This document shows positions 9,107 through 22,900 of a stretch of DNA of 64,000 bases, piece by piece (the first letter of the stretch is position 1; the number at the start of each line of letters is the position of its first letter). The DNA is from an uncultured Gammaproteobacteria bacterium (GTDB taxonomy: Bacteria > Patescibacteriota > Patescibacteriia > UBA10025 > JAHIVO01), in assembly GCA_964628855.1 (NCBI GenBank), contig CAZVMV010000004.1, positions 5,254 to 69,253 of the forward strand, in the 5' to 3' direction. Under the pieces are notes generated by a model that had not been told where the DNA came from, searched no databases, and saw only the letters and a list, made by a program, of their open reading frames with translations. The position numbers were made by a program, and so were the translations under genes.

Positions 9107-10714
9107 ATGAATAAATCGGCAATATCACCAACAATCAGCGAACTAGCCAAAGTTTTCCAGGATCAAAGTGGTTTTGATAGATTTAAAACCGCCAAAGAGG
9201 ATCCTAGGGTAAAAACCCATGAAACTGTGGCAAAGGCGGCTTTTATGTATGAAAAAGTCCGTAATGCCATCGATTACCAGGAAGAACATTTGATCCGCAA
9301 GAACTCTATCGCCCGCATGCTCAAAAGGCGAATCCTTATGCGCGAGCGTGGCACTAATATTGCCGAACCGCTCATCCGCGAATTGATCCGGGCTGGCTAC
9401 CTGAAAAACGACTATTTCCCCGAAGCGCGCATCCCGGACTTCGAACGGATCATAAATAAATACGTCACTCTCATCAAACTTTCGAGCGAGCAACAATTGG
9501 ACTACAAATCAAAAAAAAGGCTTTTCAAATGGATTATTTCCGTGGCCGCCTTTGAACTGGAAGAATACCTGAATCCGTCCATCAAGGACGATGCGTTGGT
9601 AGAGAGCATGTACAAAATCATCCGCCCGCAGATAGATATCTCGGAGGAAATCCCAAATCAGCAGGACCAGGACATCCAGATTTACATCGCCATCCATCGC
9701 GCCTTGATAAAATCAGACGCGAGCATGCTCCGGTACCATCTGATACATTATTACGCCCCCGGTTGGCGTTATGCCACGGCGGCAGAGATCCCGACATATG
9801 CCACGTATTTGCCCGGCCTAGTCAACCACATAGAACAACAAATTAATAATTTGACGTCTGATCGGCTGTTCCGATACGTCAGGCGGTTCGCCCCATTATT
9901 CATTACCCTGAAAGACGTCCTGAATGCGAATATTGATAATGTCGAACCAATCCTTGCTGACCCGCAAAAACTGGAGGACGCCATACGCCAGGCAATCGAC
10001 AAAAGGTATAGCGACGCCAGCACCAAGCTATCCCGTGGCGTAACCCGCAGTATCATATATATCTTCCTGACCAAAACCATAATGGCCTTCCTCCTGGAAC
10101 TGCCCTACGAAGCCATCTTCCTCCACACGGTGAAAATCACCCCTCTGGCAATTAATGTGATTTTCCACCCCGTACTCATGTTTTTGATCGCGACTTCTAT
10201 ACGCGTGCCGGCCGCAGAAAACACAGCCCGCATTATCAAGGGTATCAATGAAGTGGTGTACAATCCACCGGAAAAGGAAATCCTCGGAACGCGGGAGGAG
10301 CGCATCCGGACCAGCGGCTTTTTGAATGCCATTTTTACCGGTTTTTATGGCCTGGCTTTTATCATTACTTTTGGCGGCATTATCTGGCTCCTGAAAACGC
10401 TGGAATTCAGCATTGTCAGCGCATTCCTGTTTTTATTCTTCCTGTCAGTCATTAGTTTCTTCGGGCTCCGCCTGAGGCATAATGCCAAGGAAATGGTCAT
10501 GGTCACCAAACGCCAAGGGGCGGGTGAAATACTTTTTGATTTCTTCGCCATGCCGGTCCTGAGGGCAGGACGCTGGATTTCCGGCAAGACCAGCCAGATC
10601 AATGTTTTCCTATTTATTATGGACTTCATAATAGAGGCGCCGTTTAAGGTATTAATTGAGACGGTTGAGGACTGGGTCAGCTTCCAAAGGGAGAAAAAGG
10701 ACGAAATCATATAA
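9107..10714 (+). CDS. hypothetical membrane protein (about 300-aa soluble N-terminal region plus about 5 C-terminal TM helices)
   Basis: 535-codon ORF. Hydrophobic helices run from about aa 310 onward (IIYIFLTKTIMAFLL, AINVIFHPVLMFLIA, FYGLAFIITFGGIIWLL, FLFLFFLSVISFFGL). Confidence 0.6.
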   Translation: MNKSAISPTISELAKVFQDQSGFDRFKTAKEDPRVKTHETVAKAAFMYEKVRNAIDYQEEHLIRKNSIARMLKRRILMRERGTNIAEPLIRELIRAGYLKNDYFPEARIPDFERIINKYVTLIKLSSEQQLDYKSKKRLFKWIISVAAFELEEYLNPSIKDDALVESMYKIIRPQIDISEEIPNQQDQDIQIYIAIHRALIKSDASMLRYHLIHYYAPGWRYATAAEIPTYATYLPGLVNHIEQQINNLTSDRLFRYVRRFAPLFITLKDVLNANIDNVEPILADPQKLEDAIRQAIDKRYSDASTKLSRGVTRSIIYIFLTKTIMAFLLELPYEAIFLHTVKITPLAINVIFHPVLMFLIATSIRVPAAENTARIIKGINEVVYNPPEKEILGTREERIRTSGFLNAIFTGFYGLAFIITFGGIIWLLKTLEFSIVSAFLFLFFLSVISFFGLRLRHNAKEMVMVTKRQGAGEILFDFFAMPVLRAGRWISGKTSQINVFLFIMDFIIEAPFKVLIETVEDWVSFQREKKDEII

Positions 10715-10797
10715 AACATTAGGGCAAAACGCCTTAACTTACCAAATAGCCTAATTGTTAACTTGGCTGTTGTTTAATTTCCAAATCTGCAATATGA

Positions 10798-10827
10798 TTG
10801 GACAGATGTTACGTTTTCTGCTATAAT
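10798..10827 (+). promoter_or_regulatory. sigma70-like extended -10 promoter upstream of the giant ORF
   Basis: TTGGAC, 18-nt spacer, then TGCTATAAT (TGn extended -10), about 85 nt upstream of the GTG at 10912. Confidence 0.45.
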
Positions 10828-10911
10828 GAAAATCGTTAATTTTGTTAGGTTGGAGCGCTTAGTAAGTTACCTGCAAAATTACCCTTTGGTTAGAGCAATT
10901 TCCTCAAAATA

Positions 10912-13900
10912 GTGATTTTTTTCTCCAAGGGAAGCGAAAAACAAAAACCAACTTGGTTTGGGGGTAAGACAACCAAAAAAATTGATTGGCTCGCCCTGCC
11001 AAAACTTCTCACTATCAAGCAGGTTTGTGAGATTCTTGAAGTCCACCCGAATACGCTGCGCAACTGGGATGATTCCGGACGCCTGAAGGCGGTCCGTGTT
11101 GGTGTACGCAAAGACAGGCGCTACGAAAAGGAGGAGATCCAAAAACTATACCAGCAACAGCACCCCGCAGCGCCGGAGAAACCGAATGTGAAGCTCCCTG
11201 AACCCAGCGATGGAGGAAAGTATGTGCTCAAGCCGGGACTTTCGGCAACTAAAGTAAAACTTCTGCTCATCAGCAAGAAGTTTTCAGTTTTTGTATATTC
11301 GACCGTCCTGGTGGCATTCACCTTCTTTGTCGTCCAGGCAATATTTTTTGCCCGCATCTATATTGTCCAGGCAGAAAACCAACCCTTGGGGACTTTTGCA
11401 TACTCGATCCAGCCCTCGGCCGTAAGCGGGTGGAACAATGCTGATGCGGCAAAGACGATTGACCTGTCAGGGTCAGCGACAGCTGATTCTTTTTCGGAAA
11501 AAAATTCCGCCGTCTTCCAAAACAAGCCCCTGGTCGCCAAACCTGGCGAAGTATCCACTGGGAAAGAAATAGATATTGAAAATAACGTTTTGGAGGCAAG
11601 CGGTTTCACGGTACCGGAGGATGCCCCGCAATTCGGCACCATCAAGCAGGCCGACATCCTGCTATCTCTTGCCGCCGATTCATTCAAAAGCAATGAGGAT
11701 GTCCTGTCCATTTCCTACTCCCTGGATAACGGCGTAACCTGGAATGACGTAGAGTCATTCGCTCTCGACGGCAGCAGCAGCAACTCCACGCATGGCGGTC
11801 TCTGGAAATTTACGCTTGCCGGACAGGACGGATTTTCTATAAATACTGTAGATAAATTAAGGGTAAAGGTAGCTTATCATCCGACAGTCGGTGCCGAAAC
11901 ATCGACGGCTTATGTGGATGGAGTTTCCTTGGCGATGGATATAGAGGAGGCCTCCAATGTGGTGGACCAGATCGAGGAAAGTGTCGCCCTCGCCAAAACC
12001 GATTTCCAGCCTGACGAGCAGCCAAAAATAGACGTCCAGGTCAAAGACTCCAAAATGCTCGGGCTTTCCAAAAAGAACCGCACCATAAAATCTGTAAAAA
12101 TTACCGACACCTACGGCCGCGAAATCGACCAGGCTTATTACAGCAAAAAAGAAATCAAGGACGGCGGGGATGTTACCGCGCAATACGTCGTCGATACCAA
12201 ACATTTCAGCAAGCCGGGCGTATATCATGCCACATTCGAAATCGAACAGGATGGGCAAATCGAAACCGTAACCAGGGACTTTACCTGGGGGGTAGTGGTA
12301 CTGGATACGATGAAAACAGTCTACCGGCCCGGCGAAACGGTCAAAACCGCCATCGGCGTGGTTGATTCTGGCGGCCACACCGTATGCGATGCGCAACTCA
12401 CGCTCGAGGTGGTAGCGCCTGATAAATCAAAAACGGTCTTCTCCACAAAAAAAGGAACAATCACAAAATCGCAGGAATGCGGGCCTTTTACCGTTACTAA
12501 TGTCCCTGACTATGCCTCGGAATTTACGGCTAGTCAGCTCGGCGACTACACCATGAACCTCACGGCCACGACCAAAGAAGGCACAAATTCCATCACCGAA
12601 ACGGTCCGTGTCCAGGAATCAATTGAATTCGACATTACCAGACTAGGCCCATCCCGCGTCTACCCACGGGAAAACTACACCATGTACCTGGAGGTAGTGC
12701 CGACCCACGACTACACCGGTACTTTCAGGGAGCTGGTGCCAAGTACATTTGCCATACCAAAAATAAATAACGACGGAGCTGTCACAACGCTGGATGAATT
12801 CAACAAAGCCATCACTTGGAATGTAGATTGGCAGGCCGGCCAGGTATATACACTGTCCTACGAAATGGACCCGCCGAATGTCAGTCCGGAATTATTCCAG
12901 CTCGGGCCGGCCAAGGTCGGTACATTTTCAGAGTTGCGCCAATGGAACATCGCCTCTGACGCGACCTGCACCTCCAACGTGGCGACAGGCAACTGGAACG
13001 TGGGCGGATCCTGGACCGGCTGCGGCGTCAATGGCCCAGTGGCTGGCGACAGCGTCATCATCGCCTCCGGACACATGATCACCATCCCGACCGCTACCTC
13101 GGCCGCAGCGGCCAGTATCGTCATCAATGCAAACGGTTCCGGCGCCGCACTCAACGGCCTTACTTTCGCCACCAATACCAGCACGTTGGCCTTGACTTCA
13201 TCCATCACCATGAACGCCAGCAGCAGCGCTAACGACTCAATAATTGCCTTGGACGCCGGCACCATTTCAGGCGCGACAACTTTATCAATCGCCGGTAGCG
13301 CCACCTCGGGCAACCTAAGCACCTTCCGCGTCAGTACTGGCACTGCCACATTCTCAGGTGCAATAACTTTTTCGGGCACTGCGGCGCAAGCTAACTTAAC
13401 TTTCACCGGTGCCGGAACAGTATCGACTACCTCACTAGGGACGGGTGGCACCTTCACTAGAAGTACCGGCACAATGAAATTCACAAATTCTGTGGCTTAT
13501 AATCTAACTGCCTACTCCTACTACAATCTAGAAATTGCGGGTTCCAATACAGTGACTACCCAGGCCAACACTTCACTGGGTGGCAACCTGACCATTACCA
13601 GCGGCACGTTTGTCGGTGGCGCAAACTTTTCACTGACGGTTGCAGCGATGACTTCTGTAACAGGCACCTTCAGCAATGTAGCGGGTGCGACGGGCACTTA
13701 TACGTTTACTGGAAATGTTACAGTGAACTCAGGTGGCACCTTCAACCCGACCACAGCGGCCCATGCAATGACATTTAATTGCTCCAGTATCACTATCAAC
13801 TCTGGGGCTACAACATTTAATACAGGCACAGGCACCCTGACCTTTGGAGTGAATTCAAAAACAATCACCAATAATGCCTCGATCACCGCTACGTTCGGCG

Positions 13901-16900
13901 GTGCGGCCACAGCAAACGTAGCGACAGGCTTTGCTGGTTCTGGTGCCATCACTTTCAGTAGTACATTTGCCATTGCTAGTGGCATTACCGTCACCAATAA
14001 CAACACCAACGCCAACGGTGTCTACATTACCGGCAACCTAACTGGTGGCCTTGCCACATCAACATGGTCAAATGGCTCAACCACGGCCAATACAGTAGCT
14101 CGCTTCGGTGGGGCAGTCCTGGCAACCGGTACTTTAACACCATCAACAGTTAACGCCAACACTATCGCCTATGTCGGCGCCACCCAATCAGTCAAATCCC
14201 CATCTGCCAACTACTATCACCTGACACTTTCCGGCAGCGGCACCGTCACCCTACCCGGCGCCATCACCACGACCGGCGACCTCACCATCAGCACTATCAC
14301 GACTACGACGGCGGGCAACACCAGCGTCGGAGGAAATCTGGCCGTGTCCAGCGGCACCCTGACCGGTGGCGCAAATTTCTCATTAAGTGTCACTGGTACT
14401 ACGACGATCGGTGGCACCCTGAATAATGCGGCAGGCGCGACTGGCACCTATGCCTTCACTGGTGCTGTAACAGTTAATTCTGGTGGCAGCTTCAATCCGA
14501 CGACAGCTGCTCATGCCACCACCTTTGCTAACAACATCACTATTAATTCGGGCGCAACAACCTTCAACACCGGTACTGGCGCGCTGACCTTCCAGACAAA
14601 TACTATTGCCATTGCCAATAACGCCAACATCACCGCCACCTTCGGCGGTGCGGCTACAGCCAATAGCGGTGTTACCTTCTCAGGCGCATACCCCATTACC
14701 TTCAGCAGTACATTCGCCATCGCTGCCGCGGTAACCGTTACTAATAATAACACCGACTCCACCAGTGGCGTCACCATCACCAGCGACCTGACCGGCGGCA
14801 ATGCCACTACCTCCATTTGGACCACAGGCGCAAGTTCATACACGACATTCAACGGCGCTGTTCTGGCCACCGGCGCACTAACACCGTCGGCCAGCTCTAA
14901 CACCATCACTTATGGCGGTGCTGCCCAGACCATCAAAACCACAACCACTAACAATTACTACCACCTTGCCCTGGCAGGTAGTGCGGCCAAAGCCTGGCCA
15001 GGCGCCATTACTATCGGCGGCAACCTGACATTGAGTGGCACCGCGACGACAAATATCAATGCCGGAACAACAACAATCACCGGCGATATCACCGTCGGCA
15101 CGGGCACTACTTTAACATTAAGCGCGGCTACCACGGTAAATGGTGGCGACATCACAGTCACCAGCACTGGTGCAATTGCCTATTCCGGCACGCCGACATT
15201 GACGATGGGTGCTACCGGCGCAATTGGCGGTACTGGGAATATAAGTATTTACACCCTAACTACTTCCGGCACAGGCACTACGACATGGAATGGTTCCGGC
15301 ACAAACACCATCGCAAGCGGAATTACCGTTGGAGCCAGTACAACCTTATCAATAGGCAGCTCGACAACCGTTTCTGCGGGCGCTATTTCCGTCACCGGGA
15401 CTTTAAATATCACAGCCGGCACCATCACTGCATCGAGCAGTACCGTAACTTTCAATTCCGGATCGGCCGCCACCTGGAATGGCGGGTCAATCGCACTGAG
15501 TGCCATTACCAGCAATGCAGGGACCGGGAACATCAATATCAGCAACACAGTGACCACAACCGGTACTATCACGCAGAATGCGGGAACATATACATACAGC
15601 GGCAGCGCGAACGTGACCTTCAGTGGTCAGATGCTGATCTATGGCGGTACGGCCAATTTTACTGGCGGCACGGTACGGGGGGGGACGGCAAGCAACACGT
15701 CACACATCCGCGTCCGCGGGACAACGGAATTCAACCTGGCCGGGGGCGAATTATACTGCGGTTATAACTCGGTTTTTGAACTTCTCAACGGAGCGGGGAC
15801 TGTTACATTCAAAATGAGCTCGGGCAACATTTATTGTAGAGGATACCTGGTATACGGGACCGGCGACCTAGTCACAAATGATGCCGATATCACAGGCGGC
15901 ACCCTCCATATGGGTTACCAAAATTTAGGCGGCACTGGTAGCTATTATGACGTGGAAACAACAAATGCGCACTTCTTCTACAACATGCAGATCGATGAAA
16001 ATTCCTCTATCCAAAACATCACCACCCAACCACTCAAACTCAAAGGTTCATTCACCATTCAGAGCGGCATTACTTTCACCGCCGCGCCCTCACACACTTC
16101 AGGCACTTTGGCTTTCAGCATGGAGGTCAAGGGAAACTGGACAAATAACGCGGGAACTTTCACAAGTTATTGGACGGACGGTACAAATATTTCTACGTCA
16201 ACAGTGACATTGAACGGCACAGGCACCGCCCAGCAAACTATGTCCGGCACGATGACCGGCACCTCCTCGTTTTACAACCTGACCGTCACTAATGCCGGCT
16301 CCTCAAACCCCGATGTCATTTTCGGGGCAGCGGCCACAACGACTAATACATTCACGGCGGTTACTGCCAGCTCCCAGATCCAGTTCCTGGCTGGCGCCAC
16401 GTATACATTCCAAAATATCGTATTCAACGGCCAGGGCACCGGCACTCGAGTCACCCTATCATCCTCAACCACGTCCAACTGGACTATCGCCGTAGCCGGC
16501 ACCCAAAGCGTACTCAACACAACCGCCTCATACTCTACGGCCTCTGGCACGGCTATCAATGCCACTGATGCGTCAAACTTGGACGGTGGCAACACCACAA
16601 ATTGGAACTGGCCTCCTGTCGGTATTTCCATCTCCGGCACGGCGACTGGAAATGACAATAATTATGTGAAGGTGGCAATCAATAGTACCCGCCAGGCCGG
16701 TAAATATGCCCAGATCAGTACCGGCACCTGGACAATTAGCGGGGTCACCGCTCCAACATCAGGAGATACTATTACGGTTTGGGTAGAACCGACATCTGCA
16801 GACGGGGATCTGGCCATCGCAAATGAAACAACGGCCATTACCAAATATGATGGGGCTGGGAACGTAACGGGAATGGTCCTCACCCTACATACCGTTACCA

Positions 16901-19900
16901 TCGGCAGCGGCGACAATCAGACCCTGACGTTGACTGAGGCCGGCAAATACACAAACACGAATGACGAGGACGTGATGTCAGATTTTACTTCTTCAACGTT
17001 TTATACTGACAAATGGAGCGCATATTCTGATGATGTATTAAAAATTCTCGGGTCAAACGGCCTGACCGTCGGAACCAGCGAAAGCCTCCAAACCCATGAC
17101 CTTGATAATGCCGGCACCCTGACCGGTTCAGGCAATGCTACATTTAGTGTAAACGGCAACTGGCTCAATAGCAGCACATTCACGCCAAATTCCAGCACTG
17201 TCACCTTTTCTTCGGGCACGTCAGGACAAACAATTAATAACGGGGCCTCAACCTTTTACAACGTCACGATCGACGCGAGTGGCGGTTCGTATTCGCCGCT
17301 GACAAACACATTACAAATTACCGGAAGCCTGCTCGTCAGTGCCGGGACACTCAATAACAGCGCCGGGACTGCCAGCATTACTGTAAATGGCGATGTCCAA
17401 TGCGGCGCGACATGTGGGACGATTTCGCTGACCTCGGGTACCTTCACCGTCTCCACCTCCGGCGCAGTGACAAAAATGTTCGGCACTAACATAGCGGTAG
17501 CCACCGACTGGACATTTAATAATCTCACCCTGACCAGCACCTCCGGCGCTAATACTGTCCGTACCAACGCAAATGGAACCGGAAAAATTATTGTTAATGG
17601 ATCAATGTCATTAACGAACTCTGGTACGACGTTAACCTTTGACAATGAAACAAACGACCGGATTCTAGACGTGGTTACTTTGGGTTGGAACACTAATACC
17701 GTCTTCCAGGCCTCTTCGACTGCCGCCTTTACCGTGTCTGGCTACATGAATGGCCAGCTCGGCACATTCACGGCCGGCACAGGCACGGTCACCCTCGACT
17801 CCAACACCAGCCGCTGGATTAACAATGGTACGGGTTTTTATAACCTGATCCTGGACGGCGTTGGCGGGGAATGGTACAGCGACCAGGCTGCTATTACAGT
17901 CAATAACGACCTAACCGTAACCAACGGCACACTGTCGTACGGCGGTTATGCCACGACCGTCAAAGGCAACGTCCAGTGCGGGGCTACCTGCGGCACCATC
18001 AATATGTCCGGCGGCACCTTCACCGTATCGACTTCCGGTGCTGTGACAAAAATGTTCGGTACTAACGTGCTTGTGGCTACTGATTGGACATTCTACGATT
18101 TGACGCTCACGTCAACATCAGGAGCAAACATCGTTAGAACCAATGGGACCGGGACAGGACAGATAATAGTCACCCATAACATGTCGCTGACAAATTCTGG
18201 CACTTCACTGACTTTTGACAGCAATACAAATGACCGAATAATTGATATCGGCGGCAGCTTATCAATTGCCGCGAATACCGTATTCCAAGCATCCAGCTCA
18301 GCCAGCCTGACCATCGCAGCAGGCTTTGCCAACAGTGGTACCTTCACCCATAACAGCGGCACGGTCACGCTTGATGGCACTGGCAGTATTACGGGCAATG
18401 GAGCCACGTTCAATAACTTAACAATTGGCGGTAGTAGCGCCACTACCACAGACTCTGCCAATATCACGGTCGCGGGACTATTGACCGTCAACAACACCGA
18501 CATTTTAACCGTTGGTAACGGCATAACCCTGACTTATACCGGCGCCAGCGATATGTCACTCACCGGCACTCTAGGCTCATCTGGTACAGGAATGGTCACC
18601 TTTCCCGATGGGTCAGGCGGTCCTGGTACTGGCGGCACATTGTCTGCCGCAGTCCGTTTTGACCATTCTATAGCTAATGTTGCCGCCACGACTTTTGACG
18701 CCCGGACGTACGGCGGCTCAGTTGAAATTTATGACGGCTCCTGTATGGGTTATTCAACCATAGCCAACACGGGCACTTATATTTTTAATTCGACGCTGAC
18801 CTTCAACGCCGGTCCCATCAGCGACGGATGTCCAACTATAGACTTCAACACCAACGACCCGACCACTACATTCAATGGTGATATCACTATTTCCGCTTCG
18901 GCCAGTTTCTATGCCAGCAGTAGCGGAACAACGAACATTAAAGCCAATTATACTAATAGCGGCCAATTCTATGCGAATAGCGGGACCATCTCAGTAAATG
19001 GCACGGGCACCCAAACATTCGGCGGTTCGATGATCGGTGCCTGGGGCGCATTCAGCACCCTTACCATCACCAATACAAACGGCACCTATACCAACGACAG
19101 TTGTGGCACACCTTCAGCGTACGGGGTTGTCTTCAGTGCGGCCATGACCACTGGCACGTTTAACATCCAAAACTCCGGGGGACAATCGCCGAAAGTACGG
19201 TTCCTCTCTGGAGCTACCTACACTGCCTCGTCGGCAATAAATTTTTCAGGTGTCACGGGCCAACGCGTTGTTTTGCGACCGTCAACCACTGCGGCTTGGA
19301 CGCTGGCCGCACCGGCCACGCAGACCGTCACCTACGTTGACGTTTCCTATTCCACTGCCACAGGAAATGCCGTCAATGCCAGTGACGGCACCAACAAAGA
19401 CTGCAACAACAACACTAATTGGACATTTGTTTCCGGCATCTCCATCTCCGGTTCTGCCAATGGGAACAATGCAGCAACAGTAAAAGTGGCAGTAAATGGT
19501 ACTGAACAGGCGGGTAAAACCGGCACTATCGGCTCTAGCACATGGACTATCACTGGCGTAACTACCCCGACCTCAGGCGATGTCATCACCGTTTGGGTGG
19601 ACAATGTCACTGATGAGACCAATGAATCCACGGCCGTAACCAAATACTCATCCGGCAACATCACCGGCATGGTGCTGAACAACAACATTCTCACCATCGG
19701 CTCGGCTAATAACCAAAGTCTGACAATAACCAATCTGTCCCAATGGACCTGCGCTAATGATGAGGATGTCATGCACAGCGTAGCCAGCGGGGTACTGGAG
19801 GTGCAGGGCACAGATGCCGGCTGCGGCGCCAACCCGGCAAATAGTTACACGGCCGAGGGACTTTCCATCCTCGGGTCAAATACCCTAACCGTGGCAGGCG

Positions 19901-22900
19901 CATCTTCAGAAACGATCAACACACATGACCTAACTATAACCGGCAATTTAACCAGCACAACGACGGCTGCGTACGGTGTTTCTGGCAGCTGGACAAACAA
20001 CGGAACTTTCAATTACGCCTCCAGCACGGTAACCACGTCAGCCAGCGGTTCTTTTGCAGGCTCCAGTACAACCACGTTTTATAACCTGACCATCGGGGGG
20101 TCCAGTGCCACCATGACAGCATCGTCCAGTATCATGGTAAGCAACACGCTGGATGTGAACAGCACGGACATTCTCTCAATAGATAACACTAAATATGTTA
20201 CGCATACTGGCGCGACGTTGACCTTAAACGGCACAATCTCCGGCGCTGGTACGTACAGCTATCTTAGCGCCACCGCCTTCCCCACCACCGGCACTATCAC
20301 TGCTGCCCTCAGTATAAGATCTTCGACCCAAAACCAAATACTTTCCGCGCGAACATATGGCGGCAGCGTAGACATCTACCTCGACTCCTCGACATTCGCC
20401 AAAACGGTCACTATGGGCACTAACGTTGGCCAGACTATTACCATCACAGGATTCCTCAGTGTTACGGACTTTAATTCCCAAAACGTAACGCTCGATGGTG
20501 GCACTTACAATCCCACCGTGAATGTTGGCAGTTCTCTGTCTTTCCAGCAGGTGGCGGCTGGCGTACCTGCCATCACTACAGGTACCGGCACGTGGACTGT
20601 CAGTGGCGGTGTTGTCCTGTCCGGAGGTACATTCACGGCCACAGCAGGAAACACGCTGGTCATGAACGGTGCCGGCAGCAACCTGATTACCGCCAGTCAG
20701 ACACTTCAAAATCTGACACTATCCAGCTCAATTAACCTTGCCAGCGCGACCCATACCATCGCCGGAGACTTGAACCTGACAGGCAGCACCATTACAGCTA
20801 ATACCTCGACAATTGTCATGACAGGCAACAAAACCATCACTGGCGGCAGTCAAACACTATATAATCTCCAAATCAGCGGCCTGGTGACATTACAAACCTC
20901 CAACCTTACGGTCAGCGGGACGCTTACTGTTGATTCTTCTAAACAGCTCACAATTGACACGGGCATCGGACTGACAAATAGCGGGTCCTCTGATGTGGCT
21001 GGGACAGGCTCGATTGTAGGAAACGGCGTATTGATATTTAATAATACATCCACCGGTGGTCCAGGCGGGACCCTCAGTTCAATTAATGTCGACGTGATGT
21101 TCGACGCTACAGCTGGAAATATCCCGGCCGCCGTCGTTGATGCACGAACATATGGCGGCAGCGTCACGGCATACAGTTCAACCGAACTTGCAAACCGCAC
21201 AGTCTTTGCGCCAAGTTCTGGCACTTTCACAATAAACAAGCATCTAATCGTCCAATGTGATGGATGTATGGGATTGACGCTCGATATGGATGATACGACA
21301 GACCCGACTTTAACAATGATCGGCACAAGTCCTTACCAATTACACATATTTACTGGCGGGACATTCCTGGCGCCCAGTAGTACTACCATTACTCTGGAGG
21401 GGGACTTCGTAAACGAAGGAACTTTCACAGCAAACGGCGGAACGGTAAAAATGACCGGCACCTCTTCAATAAACGGTTCCAGCGATACCTCTTTTTCAAG
21501 TCTCACCATCGGTGATAATACGGTCGGAACCATTACAGTAAACGGCACCGACGACCCAACAGTAACAGGCACGCTTACATTTACTGCTCCGGCAGTTACT
21601 GTGAATACTCTATCAATCGGATCAGGCCGCACAGTTACCAGCTCTGGTAGTGCAGACATAGCCGGGACGGTCGGCACCATCAGCGGTGCCGGGACATTGG
21701 AATTTACCAGCACGTCTACAGGCGGGCCGGGCACGGCTATCACCATCACTGCGCCCGTACGTTTCAACGCCAGTGGCGGCAATATTCCAGCTGCAGTCTT
21801 TGATGCCAGGACATACGACGGCGCCGTGGAATTTTATAATAATAACGCGGCCGCCCGCAGCGTTACCGCACCAACATCCGGAACGTATTATTTCAATTCG
21901 ACGGTCACCACCACTTGCTCGGCTTGCGGCGGATTGACGCTGGACCTGGACGATACGTCCGATCCGACTGTAAATATTGTTGGCGCATTTACCATCGGCG
22001 CATCTACCACCATCCAGGCTCCGTCCAGTGTCGCGCTATCCACCGGTTCGGACTTCACGAACAACGGGACATTCACGGCAAATAGTGGAACTGTCACCAT
22101 GTTGGGCCCCACCTCCCAACTCAATGGTTCGTCCGATACAACGTTCGCCAACCTAAATATCGGTGATGGCGGAGTTACTGATGAAATCACTGTCTCTGGA
22201 ACAAACGACCCAAGCATTACCGGTACCCTGAATATCACGGCAAACTGCGGATTCACCATCAGCAGCGGGCGAATCGCTACCCTCGGCAGTACCGGGAGTT
22301 TCACATTTACCGGAGCCCTACAGGGTGGCGGGGTATTCAGCTATATGCCTTCCACTGCGTTCCCGACATCTGGCGCTTTATCCGGCAGTACCACTCTCCG
22401 GATGGACACAACTAATAACGACCAGAGTTTAGGTGCTCGCTCTTATACCGGTCCAGTGGAAATTTACAACACCAGCAACTCAAATGCCCGGACTGTCACG
22501 GCCGGTACCGCTGGCAGCCAAACCATTACCTTTCAGAATGCCGTTACCCTGATACGTTACGGGTCACAGGGTGTGACGTTAAATTTTGACACCTGGGACC
22601 CGACTACTACATTTAATTCTGACGTTACTATTAATAGCGTCACAACCCTAATCGCCAACAGTACTGGGACTTTTCAGATAAAAGGGAACTACTCGAATAG
22701 CGGCACCTTCACTGACAGCGGCGGTACCGTTACCCTGTCAGGGACCACCCAACAGACCATGTCAGGGACCATGACCGGGTCGTCAGATTTCAACAACCTA
22801 ACCATCACCAACGCCTCAGCGGCAAATCCGGATGTCATTTTCTCGGCATCCGCCACCACGGCCGCCACCTTTACCGCGGCGACGGCCAATACGCAAATCC

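Noticed and set aside
10916-10922. A T7 homopolymer directly after the GTG start of the giant ORF, as a slipped-strand phase-variation switch.
   Set aside because: Seven nucleotides is short for a contingency tract, and the genome is AT-moderate with many similar runs. It would need population read data to support it.
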